A DNA stretch of 64,000 nucleotides from Fimbriimonadia bacterium (GTDB taxonomy: Bacteria; Armatimonadota; Fimbriimonadia; Fimbriimonadales; JABRVX01), in assembly GCA_041483895.1 (NCBI GenBank), contig JBGPGO010000004.1:33987-97986 (forward strand), written 5' to 3'. The notes below the pieces were generated by a model. That model did no database searches, was not told the DNA's origin, and saw only the letters and a list, made by a program, of their open reading frames with translations. Shown here piece by piece: positions 54,609 through 64,000 of this stretch. Both the position numbers and the translations under genes were made by a program. The stretch's first letter is position 1; every line of letters starts with the position of its first letter.

Positions 54609-54686
54609 GATGGCACCCGCCTTACATTCTGCCGTTGATTATGTCACGGATGATACGTTCGTTGCGATGAAGTTAGCCTCCCGACG

Positions 54687-55778
54687 CTACCTAGGGAACT
54701 TTATGTTCACCCGATCCTCGACGGGATCGTATTTGTACGATCCACCCGCCGCCTCGATCACATCCTTCAAGTAAACGTACGCTTCCGGCGCTTCGTCAGC
54801 CTCCGCCCGCTTCCAAACGACCGGACGGTGTAGCTTCACGGTCCTTCTGCCACCCAGCAAAGCGGTACCATCGTCGTTGATCTCGATTTCACCACCGAAC
54901 CACTTGCAGGCAGGATTCGTCCAGGGCACGCATCCGCCTGGACCGAAACCAGCGAACAGGTCGCCTAGTTGGCCAGTGTGAATCAGCAAATCTCTTGAAT
55001 CGCCGCTTGGGAATGGAAGCACGTACTCAAGGCAAGGGGCTGAGTTGATTACATCATTTACCATGAACCTCCAGAATCCCTTACACATCGTCACGTCTAA
55101 ATCAAAATCAGGGACATAGTGTCCGAATTCAATTGTTCTCGAAGTCATTCCGGTCCTTTTCCAAGGCTTTACATATTCGTGTCCCGAGGATGCTCTTGTG
55201 AACGTCAGTGTCGGGTGCTGGAACTCCCTAATATGTGACCAGTTGACGGTGATTCGTGTCGACGAGATCTTGCCGTGCCATGTGGCTCCGGTTGTAAGAA
55301 TGTATGTTGCGCCCGAAATCGTGCCGCCCGTATACCAGTTCACTGCTTCGTAATCGACTCGCACGCGTCTAGTCTGTTTTGCTCCGAACTGCACCCACTT
55401 TGTCCACAATCCTTCGTGAGTTTCTTCCGGGTTCGTGTCTTTCGGTTGGGTGAGCTTCTTGTACTGGACCTTAACCGGTTTCCCATCGACCCAAGATTTG
55501 AACCGAATGATGCTATGGGCTGCGCTGATGTTGCCACCTCGGTCGGGAAATCCCATCATGACGGCGGTTTTTGCACCGGTGTTTTTGAACGTGAAATCTA
55601 CCGTTACATGATGTTGATCGTCATACATGTAAATGCGAACATTCTCGCTGACCATCCTGATCTGTTTGTTTTTGGAAAAGTTAACTGCCGACCCAACCTC
55701 AACGCTGCTTCCATCGTTGGCACGGACGGCCAACGGTGCACCAACCGTGATTAGGAGAGCGAGAAACCATCGGCTCAT
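54687..55778 (-). CDS. DUF4424-like exported protein (paralogue 2)
   Basis: Collinear with 53502..54608 (NDGSSVEVGSAVNFSKNKQIRMVSENVRIY...FTFKNTG...MMGFPDRG; C-terminal YVYLKDVIEAAGGSYKYD). Confidence 0.55.
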   Translation of the reverse strand: MSRWFLALLITVGAPLAVRANDGSSVEVGSAVNFSKNKQIRMVSENVRIYMYDDQHHVTVDFTFKNTGAKTAVMMGFPDRGGNISAAHSIIRFKSWVDGKPVKVQYKKLTQPKDTNPEETHEGLWTKWVQFGAKQTRRVRVDYEAVNWYTGGTISGATYILTTGATWHGKISSTRITVNWSHIREFQHPTLTFTRASSGHEYVKPWKRTGMTSRTIEFGHYVPDFDLDVTMCKGFWRFMVNDVINSAPCLEYVLPFPSGDSRDLLIHTGQLGDLFAGFGPGGCVPWTNPACKWFGGEIEINDDGTALLGGRRTVKLHRPVVWKRAEADEAPEAYVYLKDVIEAAGGSYKYDPVEDRVNIKFPR

Positions 55779-55888
55779 GACCCATTATGTCATGGTTCGT
55801 ACGTTTCTTCTTACTATTCCAATCAATCTGAAACTTCTTGCCCGTGGGAAGCATCTAAGAGTTGATCCGTGTAGGCAAGGAGATGCAG

Positions 55889-56377
55889 ATGATAAGTTTG
55901 ATTTGGGCGCTCGTCGTCGCCTGTTCGATATTGCCTCAGCACCAGGCGGCGCATCATCCGGTCGGGGGAATGCTTACCGGCGTCGTCGTCGCCGCCAAGG
56001 GCAAACCCATGCAGACCTCCCTAGACATCGTCATGCCCCAGTATTTTGGCCAGGCACCAAACGGAGTGCGGTGGATGGAGAAGGATTCCACCGGGCATGA
56101 GGTTGAGCGCGTGGCGGAAGACGGCGGGCCGTTCCCAGCCGGAGAAGAGGTCAACCGCATATTGGACATCGACCTCAAAACCTTCAAGACGCAAGGCGCC
56201 CAGTTCTCCCGGTCGGTCAAGACCGACAAGCTCGGCCGGTTCACGCTGACCAAATTGAAGGCCGGACTTTACGTCATCACTCCCAAAAGTGGGAACGCCA
56301 TCTTGGAGGTGGCGCGTATCTCGGCGGATCGGGGCCGCGAGGTCACGATCACGATGGGGCCACGGGTTGTGAAGTGA
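55889..56377 (+). CDS. hypothetical exported protein with carboxypeptidase-regulatory-like beta-sandwich
   Basis: AAGGAG lies 6 nt upstream of ATG 55889. Signal MISLIWALVVACS. GRFTLTKLKAGLYVITP is typical of CarboxypepD_reg-like domains. Confidence 0.5.
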   Translation: MISLIWALVVACSILPQHQAAHHPVGGMLTGVVVAAKGKPMQTSLDIVMPQYFGQAPNGVRWMEKDSTGHEVERVAEDGGPFPAGEEVNRILDIDLKTFKTQGAQFSRSVKTDKLGRFTLTKLKAGLYVITPKSGNAILEVARISADRGREVTITMGPRVVK

Positions 56378-56400
56378 TTTCCACCGTCGTGAGATAGGGA

Positions 56401-57078
56401 ATGAGGAGGGCTGAATTGGCACGAACTCGTTGGATAATCGCGCTGTGCGCCTTCGCTTCAATCGCAATGGCGCACGATGTGTCGCTGTCGGGCAAGATAA
56501 CAGACGAAACCGGTCGGCCTCTCTGGGGCGTCAAGGTCAGCCTGTTCGGCAACATGGACGGCCCGGCGACGCAGGAGGCGGTCACTGATGTACACGGCGA
56601 GTACCGCTTTGACCCCGTAAAGGCGCAGCTGGTGAAGGGGCATTACTACCCGATGCTGATGCTCCAGCACCCAACCCATGTCAGTGAGGACGGCAACTCG
56701 CACTGGAACCTCGACATCCCCGACGAACTGGGCACAGCGGTTCAAAAGGATTTCCGGTTTGTGCAGGGCGGTGTTGTCTGGGGCGTGCTTCGGCACGTTA
56801 TGGGCAAGCCGATCCAGATGGAGCTTCGCTTCGCCCTGTTGATGGATAATGAAACGGACGCGGCAAAGGTCCAGGCCACCATCAACACAGGCGGCATCCT
56901 CAGGAACTCATACTCCGCCAACACGGACCGGAAGGGGCAGTTCCTCGTCACCGGGCTCCCCGCCGGACATTACGCTATCCAGGCGATGCCGGACGGCGAG
57001 GTTCTTGGGTTTGTCGATGTCGCTGCGAAACAGTGTATTGGGGAGCTGGACCTGAGACGGCCACGTGTCAAGCTGTAG
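56401..57078 (+). CDS. exported protein with two carboxypeptidase-regulatory-like domains
   Basis: SLSGKITDETGRPLWGVKVSL...DVHGEYRF and GQFLVTGLPAGHYAIQA motifs. Confidence 0.6.
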   Translation: MRRAELARTRWIIALCAFASIAMAHDVSLSGKITDETGRPLWGVKVSLFGNMDGPATQEAVTDVHGEYRFDPVKAQLVKGHYYPMLMLQHPTHVSEDGNSHWNLDIPDELGTAVQKDFRFVQGGVVWGVLRHVMGKPIQMELRFALLMDNETDAAKVQATINTGGILRNSYSANTDRKGQFLVTGLPAGHYAIQAMPDGEVLGFVDVAAKQCIGELDLRRPRVKL

Positions 57079-57080
57079 CG

Positions 57081-57476
57081 TCAGATGGCTTCCAGAACCC
57101 TCCGGAGCGCTCCAGCAACCTCTGCGGCAAGTGGGGCGAGGGCGCCCCGCTTCTCCTCATCGACGAGGCTGAACAGCGCGGCGGCGTCCACAATGCCGAC
57201 CTCGATCTGATCGCCGACCTGACGGAGAGTGACATTGCAGGGCAAGAGCAGTCCGACCGCTCGCTCCTCAGTGAGGGCAAGGTTGGCGAACTTCGGATTG
57301 CAGGCGCCAAGGATCAGATACGGTTCGTAATCCGCGTCGATCTTCTCCTTCATCGTCTTCGCAACGTCGATCTCCGTCAACACGCCGAACCCCTCGCCCC
57401 TAAGCGCCGCTTCCACCCGCTCCCGGACGCTCTCCATGCTGCCGCCTATCGCTTTGAACATGCCATATCTAGCCAT
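57081..57476 (-). CDS. DUF302 domain protein
   Basis: GFGVLTEIDV...YLILGACNP...LLPCNV pattern. Start trimmed to MARYGMF at 57476. Confidence 0.8.
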   Translation of the reverse strand: MARYGMFKAIGGSMESVRERVEAALRGEGFGVLTEIDVAKTMKEKIDADYEPYLILGACNPKFANLALTEERAVGLLLPCNVTLRQVGDQIEVGIVDAAALFSLVDEEKRGALAPLAAEVAGALRRVLEAI

Positions 57477-57524
57477 GAACCAATGGTACTCGTGAAGGGA
57501 CGAATGCTTCTGTCGTGGAAATGA

Positions 57525-58832
57525 ATGACAATGAAACGGGTACTCACAATTCTCCTGCTGGCGGCGTGCGTCCACACCTGCCATGCCGGCGACGGGTTCA
57601 AGCCACTCTTCAACGGCAAAGACCTAAAGGGCTGGAAAACCGTCAACTGCGCGCCCTCAACCTTCACGGTGAGAAACGGCATGATCTTCTGCACGGGCAA
57701 GCCGACCGGAGTGATGCGCACCGAAAAGATGTACGAGAACTTTGTGCTTCAGGCTGATTGGCGGCACCTGGACAAAGAGGGCAATTCCGGCATCTTCATT
57801 TGGAGCGACGCGACCACCGCGAAGGGCCAACCCTTCACGCGCGCCATCGAAGTCCAGGTGATGGTTGGTTCGGAGGCCGATTGGTACACCAGCGACGGGG
57901 ACGTGTTTCCCATCCACGGCGCGGTGATGAAGCCGGAGAACCCCAGACCCAAAGGTGGCGATCGCGCTTATCCCACGGAAAAGCGCATGAGGCCCGGCGG
58001 CGAATGGAACCATTACGAGATTACTTGCAAGGACGGCAGCATTTCGCTGGCGGTAAACGGCAAGATGGTAACGCGCGGCCACGATGTTAATCCGCGCAGA
58101 GGCTACATCTGCCTCGAATCCGAAGGCTCGCCCATCGAATTCAAGAACATTCGGATTAAAGAGATGCCGCCCGCAAAGCCGCCGCTGACCATCGTCCAAA
58201 TCGCGCGGAAGGACGACGGATTTCTGCCGATGTACACCGGCGTCGACTTCTCTGGGTGGAGGTTTGAGAAGGTCCATGAGGGCCATTTCAAGGCGGATGA
58301 CTGGATGATTACATTCGACGGCGGCGGGGACGATCTGTGGACGCAAAAGTCCTACAAAGATTTTGTCATGGTCTGCGACTGGCGATGGACGGCGAAGCCG
58401 GAGACCCATGAGCTGCCGGTGCTGCTGCCCAACGGCGACTACCGGCTCACAAACGACGGCACGCAGATGTCCGTGCCCATGGAGGACGCCGGAGACAGCG
58501 GCATCTATCTGCGCGGCAACAGCAAGAGCCAGGTGAATATCTGGTGCTGGTCGTGCGGATCCAGCGAGGTGCATGGCTACGTTACGGACGAGAAGCTGCC
58601 GCGCGAGGTCCGCGCCGGCGGAGTGCCCAAGGAGCGCGCCGACGCCGCGATCGGGCAGTGGAACCGGTTCGTGATCACAATGAAGGGGGATCGGCTTACC
58701 GTGGTCCTCAACAACAAGACCGTCATCGACAACGCCCAGCTCCTTGGGGTCCCGAGCGAGGGCCCGATTGCGCTGCAGCACCACGGCGGGGCAATTCAGT
58801 TCGCCAACCTCTTCATCAAGGAGATGAAATGA
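57525..58832 (+). CDS. secreted protein with two DUF1080 (3-keto-disaccharide hydrolase-like) domains
   Basis: Signal peptide. FKPLFNGKDLKGWK...NSGIF...IEFKNIRIKEM, and a second copy ending IQFANLFIKEM. Confidence 0.85.
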   Translation: MTMKRVLTILLLAACVHTCHAGDGFKPLFNGKDLKGWKTVNCAPSTFTVRNGMIFCTGKPTGVMRTEKMYENFVLQADWRHLDKEGNSGIFIWSDATTAKGQPFTRAIEVQVMVGSEADWYTSDGDVFPIHGAVMKPENPRPKGGDRAYPTEKRMRPGGEWNHYEITCKDGSISLAVNGKMVTRGHDVNPRRGYICLESEGSPIEFKNIRIKEMPPAKPPLTIVQIARKDDGFLPMYTGVDFSGWRFEKVHEGHFKADDWMITFDGGGDDLWTQKSYKDFVMVCDWRWTAKPETHELPVLLPNGDYRLTNDGTQMSVPMEDAGDSGIYLRGNSKSQVNIWCWSCGSSEVHGYVTDEKLPREVRAGGVPKERADAAIGQWNRFVITMKGDRLTVVLNNKTVIDNAQLLGVPSEGPIALQHHGGAIQFANLFIKEMK

Positions 58833-58890
58833 GGCCGAAGTGACAAGTTGGATGAAGCGCGCGTATGAGATGGATGAATAGGGGGAAATC

Positions 58891-59427
58891 ATGGCGGAAC
58901 GGATGAGCGATAAGGCTGTGCACTCGAAAACCGGGAAGACCTGGCCCGAATGGTTTGCGGTGTTGGACAAGGACGACGGCAAGAAGATGAGCCATAAGGA
59001 AATTGTCGCGGTCCTTGGCATAAAGCACGGCCTCGGGCCGTGGTGGCAGCAGATGGTGACCGTTGAGTATGAGCGGGATCGCGGCCTGCGACAAAAGTAT
59101 GAGATGCCGGACGGTTTTCGAATCGCGAAGAGCCTAACCGTGCCGGTGCCGGTTGAGATGCTGTATGCCGCTTGGAAAGACGGTCGGCAGCGCAAGAAGT
59201 GGCTGGACGAGGCAATCTCCATTCGTACGCCAATCGAAAACCGATCGCTTCGCGCCGATTGGTCCGATGGGAAATCGCTTCTGGTTGTGAACTTCATTGG
59301 CAAAAGCGACGTCAAATCGCAAGTGGTCTTGGAACATGGCAAGCTGCCGGATGCGAAAACCGCCGAACGCATGAAGCGGTACTGGACGGAGCGTTTCGCG
59401 GCGCTCAGAAGCGCATTGGGTAGGTAG
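58891..59427 (+). CDS. DUF4287-like N-terminal domain fused to an SRPBCC (AHSA1-like) domain
   Basis: KTGKTWPEWFAVLD...MSHKEIVAVL...WWQQMVTVEYE, followed by a START/SRPBCC-like C-terminal half. Confidence 0.6.
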   Translation: MAERMSDKAVHSKTGKTWPEWFAVLDKDDGKKMSHKEIVAVLGIKHGLGPWWQQMVTVEYERDRGLRQKYEMPDGFRIAKSLTVPVPVEMLYAAWKDGRQRKKWLDEAISIRTPIENRSLRADWSDGKSLLVVNFIGKSDVKSQVVLEHGKLPDAKTAERMKRYWTERFAALRSALGR

Positions 59428-59494
59428 GCCAAACGTCCTATGCTCGGCGGGGCCAAATCCGTCTCAGTGATGCCCCAGTGAGTAACGGACGCAA

Positions 59495-59518
59495 TGCCGC
59501 CTGGAAGGCAGCGTTACG
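59495..59518. repeat. single family B REP-like hairpin
   Basis: TGCCGCCTGGAAGGCAGCGTTACG in the intergenic region upstream of the TolC gene. Confidence 0.8.
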
Positions 59519-59600
59519 ATCAGATCGGCAACGCAACGCCCATTCGGTTGCGTAGGTAGACTATAGGAACTCCAAAGGATCGGAAAAGGAGAACTCGTAC

Positions 59601-60878
59601 ATGCGTTTGGCATCTTGCATTTTGGCGTTGCTTGCCTCGATCTTCATCGCAACCGGCCAAGACCAGCCCCTCAGCCTTGACGAAATCATCCGATTGTCCC
59701 TTGCCCGCAATGGCGCCGTGGCAGCTGCACGATTGGATCGCATCGGTGCATCCGAGCGGCTCACCCAGGTGAACGCCGCCTTTTTCCCCACCATCACTCC
59801 GGAATACAACTACACGGACAACTTAACGGAGTTCGGTGCGTCCAACCGATTCTCCAGTCGGCAGACCTCCGCGGGCATCGTCGCGGATTGGCTGCTCTGG
59901 GACTCCGGCGGTCGCTATACCAATCTGCGCACATCGCAGGCCGGTGTGCGAAGCAGTCGGTACGATGAGCGCCAGCAGCGGCGTTCGATCATATTCGAGG
60001 CCACGGATCGATACTACAGCACTCTTCTGGCCCGCGAACTGGTCCGAGTGGCCCAGGCGACGGTGGATCGGAACAAGACCACGCTAGAGATCACCCAGGC
60101 AGAAGCCGATGCTGGGGCAGTCGCTCGCAAAGAGGTCCTACAGGCGCAGGCCGATTTGAAGAATTCCGAGGTAAGCCTCATCCAGGCGCAGCAAAATGCC
60201 CGTGTTGCCGAGGCTGATCTCCGCGAGACGCTGGGCTGGGAACCGAATCGTCCGCTCCCAGAATTAGTCCCCGTGCCGAAACCGACTCCACCGGCCAAAA
60301 TCGACCCGCTCACAGCGTACGAGGAGAAGGCAATCGCCGAGCGTCCGGACCTGAAAAGCACGTCCGAGTCCATCCGTGCCTTCAACTACTCCATCCGCCA
60401 GGCGGAATACAATTCGCGCGTCAGCTATCAGCTTCATGGCAGCTACGTTCGAAATTTCCAAGAGGAGAGCTCTTCGGACCGCTCCATCAGTTTCTTCGCC
60501 TCGATCCCCTTGTTCGATGCTGGGCGCTCTCGATCGATCGTGCGAGAAACCAAAGCGAGCCGCGACGCCGCGCAGGCGCGCTTCGAGCAGACCGAGCGCA
60601 GAGTTCGATCCGACGTCGAATCCGCGTACCTGTCCTACTCGCTCAACATCCAAGCGCTGACAGCCGCATCGTTGGCGCTTGAGGCGGCGCAGCTGAACTA
60701 CGAAGCGGCGACGGAAGGCCGGAAAGAGGGCGCCGGGAGTCTCACCGACGTAATCAACGCGCAGCTCGCCCTGGTCCAGGCCGAGACCAACAACGTGAAC
60801 GCCGTCTACAACTTTTACATCGCCAACGCCCAATTGCAGTTCGTCTCCGGCGCGCCGATGGCAGGAGAGTTGCCGTAG
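59601..60878 (+). CDS. TolC family outer-membrane efflux protein
   Basis: Signal peptide and two OEP repeats (coiled helices with [31 protein letters not shown]). AAGGAG Shine-Dalgarno sequence upstream. Confidence 0.85.
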   Translation: MRLASCILALLASIFIATGQDQPLSLDEIIRLSLARNGAVAAARLDRIGASERLTQVNAAFFPTITPEYNYTDNLTEFGASNRFSSRQTSAGIVADWLLWDSGGRYTNLRTSQAGVRSSRYDERQQRRSIIFEATDRYYSTLLARELVRVAQATVDRNKTTLEITQAEADAGAVARKEVLQAQADLKNSEVSLIQAQQNARVAEADLRETLGWEPNRPLPELVPVPKPTPPAKIDPLTAYEEKAIAERPDLKSTSESIRAFNYSIRQAEYNSRVSYQLHGSYVRNFQEESSSDRSISFFASIPLFDAGRSRSIVRETKASRDAAQARFEQTERRVRSDVESAYLSYSLNIQALTAASLALEAAQLNYEAATEGRKEGAGSLTDVINAQLALVQAETNNVNAVYNFYIANAQLQFVSGAPMAGELP

Positions 60879-61606
60879 TGGCTCTGCTGCGGACAGTCAA
60901 ACTGAACAAAGATTATCACATGGGCGATAACGTCGTTCGGGCGTTGCGGGGCGTGGATTGCGAAATCGATGAGGGGGATTTCGTCGCGATCATGGGGCCG
61001 TCAGGGTCAGGCAAATCCACGTTCATGAACATCATCGGCTGCCTGGATCGGCCCACATCAGGCGAATACTATTTGGATGGCGAGCTGGTTTCGGAACTTG
61101 GGGACAACCGCCTGGCGGAGGTTCGAAATCAGATGATCGGCTTCGTCTTTCAGACCTTCAATCTGTTGCCGCGAACGAATGCGCTGCGCAACGTCGAGCT
61201 GCCGCTGGTCTACTCCGGGGAAAAACGCCGGTCGGAAAAGGCGACGGTCGCGTTGGATCGCGTGGGATTGAAAGATCGAATGGGGCATCGGCCCAACGAG
61301 CTCTCCGGCGGGCAGCAACAACGCGTTGCAATCGCGCGTGCGATCGTCAACGATCCAAAGATCATTTTGGCGGACGAGCCGACCGGGAACCTGGACAGCC
61401 GCACGGGAGCGGAGATCATGGTGATCTTTCAAGACCTGCATCGGCAAGGCAAGACCATCATCGTCGTCACCCATGAACCGGACATCGCAAAGCACTGCAA
61501 CCGCATCATCCGTTTTCGTGACGGTATGATCGTCGGTGATGAGAACGTGCCGACTCCGATCGATGCAGGCGATGCTCTGGCCGCGATGGGTCCTGAGCTG
61601 GACTAG
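60878..61606 (+). CDS. ABC transporter ATP-binding protein (MacB-type ATPase domain only)
   Basis: Walker [24 protein letters not shown], Walker [12 protein letters not shown]. The GTG start overlaps the TolC stop. Confidence 0.9.
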   Translation: MALLRTVKLNKDYHMGDNVVRALRGVDCEIDEGDFVAIMGPSGSGKSTFMNIIGCLDRPTSGEYYLDGELVSELGDNRLAEVRNQMIGFVFQTFNLLPRTNALRNVELPLVYSGEKRRSEKATVALDRVGLKDRMGHRPNELSGGQQQRVAIARAIVNDPKIILADEPTGNLDSRTGAEIMVIFQDLHRQGKTIIVVTHEPDIAKHCNRIIRFRDGMIVGDENVPTPIDAGDALAAMGPELD

Positions 61607-62900
61607 CCTCACTCTTTTCCTGCCCTGTTTTGCCGGACTTTCCGCTGGGGTTGGCCGCGCGACCATCACGCCCGACGTGAAGTCGCAAAAGGTTCCGCTT
61701 GGGGGCTATACGGCCCGTGGCAGCAAAACGGCTACTGGCGTGAGAGACCCGGTCTATGCGCGAGCCATCGTCCTTCGTTCCGAATCCGATCGCATTGGCA
61801 TCGTTTCGTGCGACATGCTCACGCTGCCGCGATCGTTGAAGCGTGCCGTGTTGGAGCGGCTTCCCGGTTGGCAGGAGGATCACTTAATCCTAGCGGCGAC
61901 CCACACGCATTGCGCCCCCGACAGCCAGCGACTCAATCAGAAGATGACCTTTCCCGTTCCCGGCATCGCGACGTTTCAAGAAAAGGCGCTGGATTGGACC
62001 GCCGACCAAATCGCGCAGGCGGTTCGCGACGCCGAGCGAAACATGCAGCCTGTCTCTTTGCGGTTGGGGATGCAGCAGGCCGGCCTCAGCCGACTGCGGC
62101 GATGGCAGAATTTGACGCGAGAGCCGCAACCGTTGCAACGATCGGGACCGCTGGGTTGGGATTGGGTGAAACGGCCGGCGCCGGAAATTCCGGAAGAGGA
62201 TCTGCTTCGAATCGCGGAATTTGTGCGGTCGGATGGGCAACCGTTGGCGGTCGTCGTCAACTATGCTGCGCATCCAACGATCTTCAGCGAGAAGATGCTG
62301 GAAGTTTCTGCCGAGTACCCTGGAGAGCTGGCGCGGCGATGGGAGGGCAAACATCCCGGCGGCATGCTGCTGTTTATCAATGGAGCGCAGGGGGATCGGT
62401 CCCCAATTGCAGACGACGGCGTAACGGAAGAAGAGAAAATGCAGCGGTATGCCGGCCGCGTGCTTGGCATCGTCGAGAGGGCCGAGAAGGAAGCTATCAT
62501 CTATCCCTTCGACGGCATCAAAGTTCGGTCCGCCGAGATTCAGCTTCCCCCAGTGCAACCCCATCCACAGCTTGTTGAGCAGGTCGCGAAGCAGGGAATC
62601 AGCAAAGAATTGTTGCAGAGAGTCGCCGAAGGGTTTATGCCAAAGACGACGATTTGCGTTTGGGGAAAAGTCGGCGCGTGGGAGTTTATTGCGGTTCCGG
62701 GGGAGCCAACGACCACTGTCGGGCGGGAACTGAGGCGAGGCTTTCCGCAAACAACCCACCTATTTGGCCTTGCCAATGATTGGATTGGATATATCCCCAC
62801 CCCGGACCAATACAGAGTCGGCGGGTATGAGGCGACCGTCTCGTTCAACGGGCCGGGCCTCGCGGCGGCAATTGTCAGAGCGTTCCGTTCCCTGCTGTGA
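61563..62900 (+). CDS. neutral/alkaline ceramidase-like hydrolase
   Basis: [10 protein letters not shown]...PLGGY...ARAIVL...[10 protein letters not shown] pattern of the ceramidase N-terminal domain. The start is uncertain (ATG 61563 or 61572). Confidence 0.65.
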   Translation: MQAMLWPRWVLSWTSLTLFLPCFAGLSAGVGRATITPDVKSQKVPLGGYTARGSKTATGVRDPVYARAIVLRSESDRIGIVSCDMLTLPRSLKRAVLERLPGWQEDHLILAATHTHCAPDSQRLNQKMTFPVPGIATFQEKALDWTADQIAQAVRDAERNMQPVSLRLGMQQAGLSRLRRWQNLTREPQPLQRSGPLGWDWVKRPAPEIPEEDLLRIAEFVRSDGQPLAVVVNYAAHPTIFSEKMLEVSAEYPGELARRWEGKHPGGMLLFINGAQGDRSPIADDGVTEEEKMQRYAGRVLGIVERAEKEAIIYPFDGIKVRSAEIQLPPVQPHPQLVEQVAKQGISKELLQRVAEGFMPKTTICVWGKVGAWEFIAVPGEPTTTVGRELRRGFPQTTHLFGLANDWIGYIPTPDQYRVGGYEATVSFNGPGLAAAIVRAFRSLL

Positions 62901-62976
62901 GAAGACGCCGATTTTTGCCGCGCCAAAAGACCCCGGCGCTCGAATGGCCGGGATCTCGGGCGGACAAATCCAACTC

Positions 62977-63123
62977 CTACTTCGCCGCGCCAATGCGGAA
63001 GATCTTGCCTCCGCAGGTAGGACAAAGACCCTTGACGGCCGGCTTGCCGTTTTTCAGCGTCGTGGTCTCCGGATCTTTGATTTCTTTATGGGCCTTACAC
63101 TTCAAGCAGTAACCTTGGGCCAT
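62977..63123 (-). CDS. DUF5679-like small zinc-ribbon protein
   Basis: MAQGYCLKCKAHKEI...NGKPAVKGLCPTCGGKIFRIG, with two CxxC pairs. 48 aa. Confidence 0.7.
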   Translation of the reverse strand: MAQGYCLKCKAHKEIKDPETTTLKNGKPAVKGLCPTCGGKIFRIGAAK

Positions 63124-63285
63124 ATCGTTCCTCCATTTGTACTGTGGGAGCCCGTGAGAGCATCGCAGTTGCGTTCGCGTGTACACCCTAACTCAGTAGG
63201 CTCTCGAATCAGCGGACCAGTGCGAATCGCACCAGTCATGGTAGGGAGTTTGCCGTACTGTGGGCCTATCCTGCAATCGGAACGA

Positions 63286-64000
63286 TTATTTTTGGAGGGA
63301 GATTTCCATGCCGTCGTAGCCGGGAACGACGCCTTGCGGCTCCAGAAGCTCGGTGAGACGTTCGTGGGTTGCGCCGCCGCGATGATCGTGGTGGGTCGTT
63401 ACAACCATTGAATCCGGGCGCAGAGCGCCGATTTTGACCAACTTGTCCCGGGCCTGCAAAACCTCTTCGACATCAAGATGACCGGGGTATTCGTTCTTCA
63501 CCATACCGTGACTGCAATCGATCACGAGCAGATCGATCGGCGCGGCCATCGCGGAGAGGAATTTCCATGTCGCTTCCGGCCACCAGCCCGTGTCCGTGGC
63601 ATAGAGGAACCGCGATTTGCCGTCATCGACGATCAGATTGAGTGCGTCTTCTCGCTCGAGATGGCCTGCTCGGATTCCCGTCAAGTCATACGAGCCGACG
63701 CGCGAAGTGTCGAAGGAGCTGAGGCAAAAGGTGCGAAGCAATTCGCTTTGCGCCAATTCGCTCGCAATGCGATGAAGAACGACATCGTTGCCACCCAACG
63801 CGAACTTTGGGCCATGCCCGTTTAGGAACGGCGGCAACAGATACTGCAGCTCGCGAATGGCAAAGTGATCGTCGTCCGAATGGGTAAAAACCACGTTGTC
63901 CCACGCTGTTGCATTCAGGCGGTCCCGGTGGATTTGGCAGAGAGTATCGGGTCCCAAATCGATCTTTAGCGCGCCGTCCACAAGGGCGCTGGATCGGCTC
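63286..64000 (-). CDS. MBL-fold metallo-hydrolase (5' end probably beyond window)
   Basis: THSDDDH (HxHxDH-like) and later H/D ligands (CSHG, TTHHDH). The frame stays open to the window edge. Confidence 0.7.
   Translation of the reverse strand, partial: SRSSALVDGALKIDLGPDTLCQIHRDRLNATAWDNVVFTHSDDDHFAIRELQYLLPPFLNGHGPKFALGGNDVVLHRIASELAQSELLRTFCLSSFDTSRVGSYDLTGIRAGHLEREDALNLIVDDGKSRFLYATDTGWWPEATWKFLSAMAAPIDLLVIDCSHGMVKNEYPGHLDVEEVLQARDKLVKIGALRPDSMVVTTHHDHRGGATHERLTELLEPQGVVPGYDGMEISLQK

Noticed and set aside
57657-59456. 599-aa minus-strand ORF, one of the longest in the track
   Set aside because: It is antisense to the DUF1080 and SRPBCC genes, both of which carry recognisable family motifs. 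The translation is low-complexity (Arg/Ala/Pro/Leu).

Overview
This is a 64-kb chromosomal segment from a fairly GC-rich, diderm-type bacterium. TolC, PEP-CTERM, DUF1080 and dockerin-type secreted proteins suggest an Armatimonadota/Planctomycetota-like lineage, at low confidence. I call about 60 protein-coding genes. Housekeeping genes include folP (partial), accA, accD, an arginase, rnhB, yraN, a Nif3-like gene, a Nudix hydrolase, two S41 peptidases, a rhomboid protease, yebC, apt and proS. Envelope and secretion genes include one GT4 and two GT9 glycosyltransferases, TolC, two MacB/Lol-type ABC ATPases, an FtsX-like permease and three ABC-2 permeases. There are also several paralogous families of unknown function. 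I found no rRNA, tRNA, CRISPR array, transposase, integrase or phage gene, and no canonical defence system beyond hicBA and an orphan MNT antitoxin beside a decayed HEPN toxin. Five observations stand out. (1) Several short palindromic or terminal-inverted-repeat (TIR) families colonise the window. Some copies are translated in-frame inside two adjacent glycosyltransferase genes, and two copies are flanked by long duplications of a gene end (the folP stop region and the start/signal peptide of an S15 peptidase). (2) Arrays of a 9-bp tandem repeat built on the palindrome CCTATAGG separate consecutive gene cassettes at 1.8-4.9 kb. (3) Three paralogous ~875-aa secreted proteins share a CBM-like / Ig-like / beta-propeller / dockerin architecture, with no cohesin partner in view. 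(4) An AT-richer island carries paralogous secreted proteins. (5) There is a terminator-ended ~300-nt AT-rich candidate ncRNA, and a 59-codon ORF between accD and accA that copies the AccA N-terminus. All family assignments come from reading motifs by eye. No database search was run.
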